Made by a program: the position numbers and the translations under genes
Notes under the pieces: model-generated
Database searches by the model: none
Told to the model about the DNA's origin: nothing
What the model saw: only the letters and a program-made list of their open reading frames with translations
Source: Cyanobacteria bacterium P01_F01_bin.150
GTDB taxonomy: Bacteria; Cyanobacteriota; Cyanobacteriia; CAKZMO01
Assembly (NCBI GenBank): GCA_039189765.1
Contig: JBCCYL010000029.1
Span: 1 to 64,000, forward strand
Reading direction: 5' to 3'
Length of the DNA: 64,000 bases
Shown here: positions 60,115 to 64,000 of the stretch, piece after piece
How positions within the stretch are numbered: the first letter of the stretch is position 1
Layout: every line of letters starts with the position of its first letter

Positions 60115-62337
60115 CTACTGTTCAGAGGCCAAGGCTGGATGAGGAAGACTATTGGGTAATCTGTCGTCCGCAGGCTCATCTGATAACTCTTCTTCAGCTC
60201 TGTCTGTAGGCTTTGGTACAGTCTCTACAGACTCCTGTAGCGGTTGGTTTGCCGCGGATGGTTCAGCTATTTCATTCAACGCCTGGATCGTTTCTCCAGA
60301 GGTTGAGGGCATAAGACTCTGATCTTGAACGGTGTCTGTAAGAGCTAGTGTCTCTTCTTCTGGTTTGGCTGCTAGTTCGACCTTGGTGGGTTCGAGCTCT
60401 AGAATCTGAATAACAGGTAAGGCGACTTTGACCGTTGTTCCTTTTTCTAAACCTTCGCTGTAAAGAGTAATCCATCCATCCATTAATTCAATCAGATTTC
60501 TCGAAATTGCCAGCCCCAGCCCCGTGCCGCCGTATTTACGAGTTTTACTCCCGTCTGCCATGGCAAACGGTTTGAATAATTTATGCTGCTGGTTTGGGTC
60601 AATGCCTATTCCTGTATCTGAGATGGAGATAACGGCCCATTGCTGCCCTTCATCTTCATCTTGATCAGAAAGGAGACTGTCGCTGAAGTCTTCCAGACTA
60701 TCTTTAATTTCGGTCTTAATCGTAATTCCGCCTTGCTCAGTAAACTTAATTGCGTTGTAGACTAAATTCAAAAATATCTGCTTAAGCTTTGCTGGATCTG
60801 CATAAACAGTGACACTAGGACCCGGCGTAGACGCTAATGATAATCCCTTTTGATGGGCTTCTACTGCCTGTAACGCAATGACTTCACGAATCGTTTGGGC
60901 TAAATTGACATCCTCACGGGAGATTGTAGAGGTTCCTGACTCAATTTTGGCAATATCCAAAATGTCATTAATGATCTTCAGCAAATGAATCGCAGCTTCA
61001 TCCGCTTTTTCTAACAAATCAATTTCTTCTTCTGGGCTATCACATAAATCATCTTTGACCAGGCGAACGCATCCAATAATAGCGTTCAAAGGCGTTCGCA
61101 ATTCATGGGAGGTATTCGCTAGAAATTCATTTTTTAACTGATTAGCTGCCTGTGCCTCTTGCCAGGCTGTTTCCAGTTCTTTGGCCCGATCTTCCAGTCG
61201 TTTGACCATATTATCTAGAACCCGAGAGAGCTGGTTGAGTTCTCGAATCTGAAAATTCTTGGGCACTGCATGATTTGGGCGACGATCGTGAATACGACGG
61301 GCATACTCTTCCAATTGTTCAATGGGACGGGCTAAATCGCGTGCCATGTAGAGCATTGCCAACAAGTGGGCAAGGGTCAATCCGCCGGTCAAGATTAGCA
61401 AAATTCGCTTAATGTTATTGAGGCCATACAAAGCCGTATTTAATTTGGCTACGGCCAGAACCACCCAGGTCTCATCTTCAGTTGGACTGATCGCCACTTG
61501 CGCAGAGCTGTATCCTGCCAGCCACTTAACATTGTTCCCAGAAAAATTGCGTAATGGAAACGCATCTTGATCGCCCTGTAATGCTTTACGAAGAATGATA
61601 TTGAAGCGACTAGAATCTAAGCTATCGGAAATGTTTTGGCCTACCTCATTGGGCAATGGATGGGCCAAAATTGTACCTGTTTCCTCGATGACTACAGTGT
61701 AACCCAGTAAAGAGCCAGGTGCCCCGCTTTCGGTCTGGGTGAGGTTCCCTTGGGCTAATAAAACATAACGTAGCTGTTCGTCGGTATCGTAGACCGGTGT
61801 ACTCACCACTAAATTTAGCTGAGGACGTTTTCGCTCCTGAATATTCGCAGCATCATCGGTTTTTACATCCAAGGAATGGATATAGAATCGGTCGGACGTA
61901 AGAGAACGACGGGTTTGGGGCCATGGCCGATTAATTTCACCTAAATCGGAAGTGGCTTGAGCGTTTTGTCCAAATAGTGGGATGTTACACGTCCCCGCCA
62001 ACGGTTGACCTGTTGGCTCAGCTAACTGTAAACAACTGACTTCCAACGGTAGTTGGGTGGTGAGGTTCGCCAAGAACACCTCTGCTTCATCCAGGGTGCC
62101 ACTACGGAGTGTCAATGTCTCGCTGGCTGTTACCAGATTAGTTTGTAAAGCCTGAATGGTATTCTCAATCGTCTTAGCTTTACGGCTGGCGCTTTCCGTT
62201 AGGTTTTGACGAGCCGTATCCAATAACGTATCCCTCGCCCGGCGAAATGCAAAGGCAACGCCAATCATTAATACGGGAATACTGACTACGATAATCCGCA
62301 GTATGAGTATACGGCGGAATGATGGTTGTCTTGTCAT
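60115..62337 (-). CDS. Membrane sensor histidine kinase (Cache-like, HAMP, HisKA, HATPase)
   Basis: Two TM helices, HAMP, SHELRTPLN, NAIKFT, DTGIGI, GGTGLGL; ATG at 62337. Confidence 0.9.
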   Translation of the reverse strand: MTRQPSFRRILILRIIVVSIPVLMIGVAFAFRRARDTLLDTARQNLTESASRKAKTIENTIQALQTNLVTASETLTLRSGTLDEAEVFLANLTTQLPLEVSCLQLAEPTGQPLAGTCNIPLFGQNAQATSDLGEINRPWPQTRRSLTSDRFYIHSLDVKTDDAANIQERKRPQLNLVVSTPVYDTDEQLRYVLLAQGNLTQTESGAPGSLLGYTVVIEETGTILAHPLPNEVGQNISDSLDSSRFNIILRKALQGDQDAFPLRNFSGNNVKWLAGYSSAQVAISPTEDETWVVLAVAKLNTALYGLNNIKRILLILTGGLTLAHLLAMLYMARDLARPIEQLEEYARRIHDRRPNHAVPKNFQIRELNQLSRVLDNMVKRLEDRAKELETAWQEAQAANQLKNEFLANTSHELRTPLNAIIGCVRLVKDDLCDSPEEEIDLLEKADEAAIHLLKIINDILDIAKIESGTSTISREDVNLAQTIREVIALQAVEAHQKGLSLASTPGPSVTVYADPAKLKQIFLNLVYNAIKFTEQGGITIKTEIKDSLEDFSDSLLSDQDEDEGQQWAVISISDTGIGIDPNQQHKLFKPFAMADGSKTRKYGGTGLGLAISRNLIELMDGWITLYSEGLEKGTTVKVALPVIQILELEPTKVELAAKPEEETLALTDTVQDQSLMPSTSGETIQALNEIAEPSAANQPLQESVETVPKPTDRAEEELSDEPADDRLPNSLPHPALASEQ

Positions 62338-62673
62338 ATGTACAACTTTGAGCGAGGGAGCAACCGTCGGCCCTACGTTCACCCTCTAGACTAGTCTTTT
62401 ACTGTCAGAATCAATCAGGGCACCCTTAGCAAAACCAACTTAATTTAGAATCTCTTCATGTATCCACTATGGCAGATAAAGATGAATAATACTTTCCCCT
62501 CAAGGTAGCATGCACTCGACGCTTATGTGGAATTTGGCTGTCTTTTCAAGAAGGTGGCTTAACTTGAAAAATACTTGCACAATGTATGATAACAAACGCC
62601 AAGAGAATCCTATCCCAGTTCTCCAGCGCCGAACTAAAATCGACCAGTGTTAACTTAGCTTCGTTTACATTTT

Positions 62674-63867
62674 ATGGAAACTCCAACCAAGCCTCAGTAT
62701 CGTTTGGAATGGACCAGTACTATTGCTGATATTCCCCAACAACAGTGGAATGCTTTGGCAGCCCCACTCAAAACGCCTTTTTTTGAGTGGGAATGGTTAC
62801 ATGCTATGGAGTTATCCGGTAGCGTGAAGGCCGAAACCGGTTGGCAACCGAATCATCTTGTGATTTGGTCAGAGAATGAGTTGGTTGCTGCTGCTCCACT
62901 ATATCTGAAGGGGCACAGCTATGGTGAATTTGTCTTTGATCAGCAATGGGCTGACTTAGCCTATCGTTTAGGTATCGAGTATTATCCCAAGCTTTTGGGT
63001 ATGTCACCGTTTACTCCTGTCGAGGGCTATCGGTTTTTAATCGTTCCAGGCCATGATGAAGATGCCCTGACCCGTGCGATGGTAGCAGCTATTGATCGCT
63101 TTTGTGTTCGTAATCAAATTGTGAGCTGTAATTTTCTTTATGCTGATCCTGAATGGCGATCGCGTATGGAAAACTTAGGCTTCTCTAGCTGGCTGCACCA
63201 CAGTTATATTTGGAACAATCAAAACTACGATAATTTTGATCACTATCTAGGACAGTTCAATGCCAATCAACGGCGAAATATAAAAAGAGAACGAAAGGCG
63301 ATGGCTAAGGCAGGGCTAACCTTGAAAATGTGGGCTGGCGATCAGATTCCCAGCCCTCTTTATTCTCAGATGTACACTTATTACAGCGATACCTGCGATA
63401 AGTTTGGCTGGTGGGGGAGTAAGTACCTGACCCGTGACTTTTTTGAGCATCTGGAAGATTGTTACCGACATCGAGTTTTGTTTGTCGCAGCCTATGAGCA
63501 TGAAAGCTCCTATTCTAAGCCTCAGTCACCTTTAGGCATGTCTTTTTGCTTGTATAAAGATAATCAGATGTATGGTCGATATTGGGGCTCGGCAAAAGAG
63601 ATTAACTGTTTGCATTTTAATGCCTGCTACTACACTCCCATTGAGTGGGCGATCGCCAACGGCATCCAGACCTTCGATCCTGGTGCGGGAGGACGTCATA
63701 AAAAGAGACGCGGCTTTCCTGCTACGCCTAACCACAGCTTGCACCGATTTTATGACGATCGACTTGGGACTGTCCTAGGCCGATATCTGAAAGAGGTGAA
63801 TCGTTTAGAGGCTGAAGAAATAGAGGCAATTAATAGTGATTTACCCATGAAAAAAGCTGAGAGTTAG
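62674..63867 (+). CDS. FemAB-like GNAT family protein (DUF482)
   Basis: HSYGEFVFD..WA, YYPKL...PFTP, YGRYWG, LHF.ACYY, F.PGAGG.HK..RGF. Confidence 0.88.
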   Translation: METPTKPQYRLEWTSTIADIPQQQWNALAAPLKTPFFEWEWLHAMELSGSVKAETGWQPNHLVIWSENELVAAAPLYLKGHSYGEFVFDQQWADLAYRLGIEYYPKLLGMSPFTPVEGYRFLIVPGHDEDALTRAMVAAIDRFCVRNQIVSCNFLYADPEWRSRMENLGFSSWLHHSYIWNNQNYDNFDHYLGQFNANQRRNIKRERKAMAKAGLTLKMWAGDQIPSPLYSQMYTYYSDTCDKFGWWGSKYLTRDFFEHLEDCYRHRVLFVAAYEHESSYSKPQSPLGMSFCLYKDNQMYGRYWGSAKEINCLHFNACYYTPIEWAIANGIQTFDPGAGGRHKKRRGFPATPNHSLHRFYDDRLGTVLGRYLKEVNRLEAEEIEAINSDLPMKKAES

Positions 63868-64000
63868 AGCACAGATGGTTTGTTTTGGGTAGAAGGTTCA
63901 GAGGGAGAATCGTTCAAATATCGTTTGACAATATGTAGACAGTTGCGATGATCGGCTTCAGGCACGTATTCAATAACATCAGCGATCTGTTTAATCAGGC
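63864..64000 (-). CDS. 3' end of a probable anti-sigma regulatory factor (RsbW/HATPase-like), truncated by the window edge
   Basis: Reads LIKQIADVIEYVPEADHRNCLHIVKRYL...stop at 63864; resembles the RsbW-type C-terminus. Confidence 0.5.
   Translation of the reverse strand, partial: LIKQIADVIEYVPEADHRNCLHIVKRYLNDSPSEPSTQNKPSVL

Noticed and set aside
1623..63778. Many short antisense or alternate-frame ORFs in the track
   Set aside because: They lie inside well-supported genes and are shadow ORFs

Overview
Cyanobacterial chromosomal window. HIP1 GCGATCGC sites are abundant, and SepJ-like and HpsA-like genes suggest a filamentous, probably motile strain. Most of the window is housekeeping or signalling genes (NTRC, cobH, rlmD, hisZ, hisH, rsmD, moaC, panC-cmk, tRNA-Ser, tRNA-Arg, two histidine kinases, a REC-GGDEF protein, an FHA-CHAT protein). 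The standout is an accessory block at about 16.6-26.8 kb with two parts. (i) A P-loop ATPase plus a large TPR-STAND-TM-WD40 (NLR-like) gene. (ii) A convergent RiPP cluster: a GrrM/OscB-type cyclophane-forming radical SAM/SPASM enzyme, an unannotated HxD...H...R (Fe/2-oxoglutarate-like) protein, and two precursor peptides ending in uninterrupted WxN arrays (WNNWANWANWSNWDNW; WGNWSNWNNWSNW). Two families of 80-93 bp MITE-like elements with internal hairpins are scattered in intergenic regions. One copy has a perfect 8-bp target duplication, one supplies the stop codon of panC-cmk, and two flank a TPR gene. All calls come from motif reading; no searches were run.
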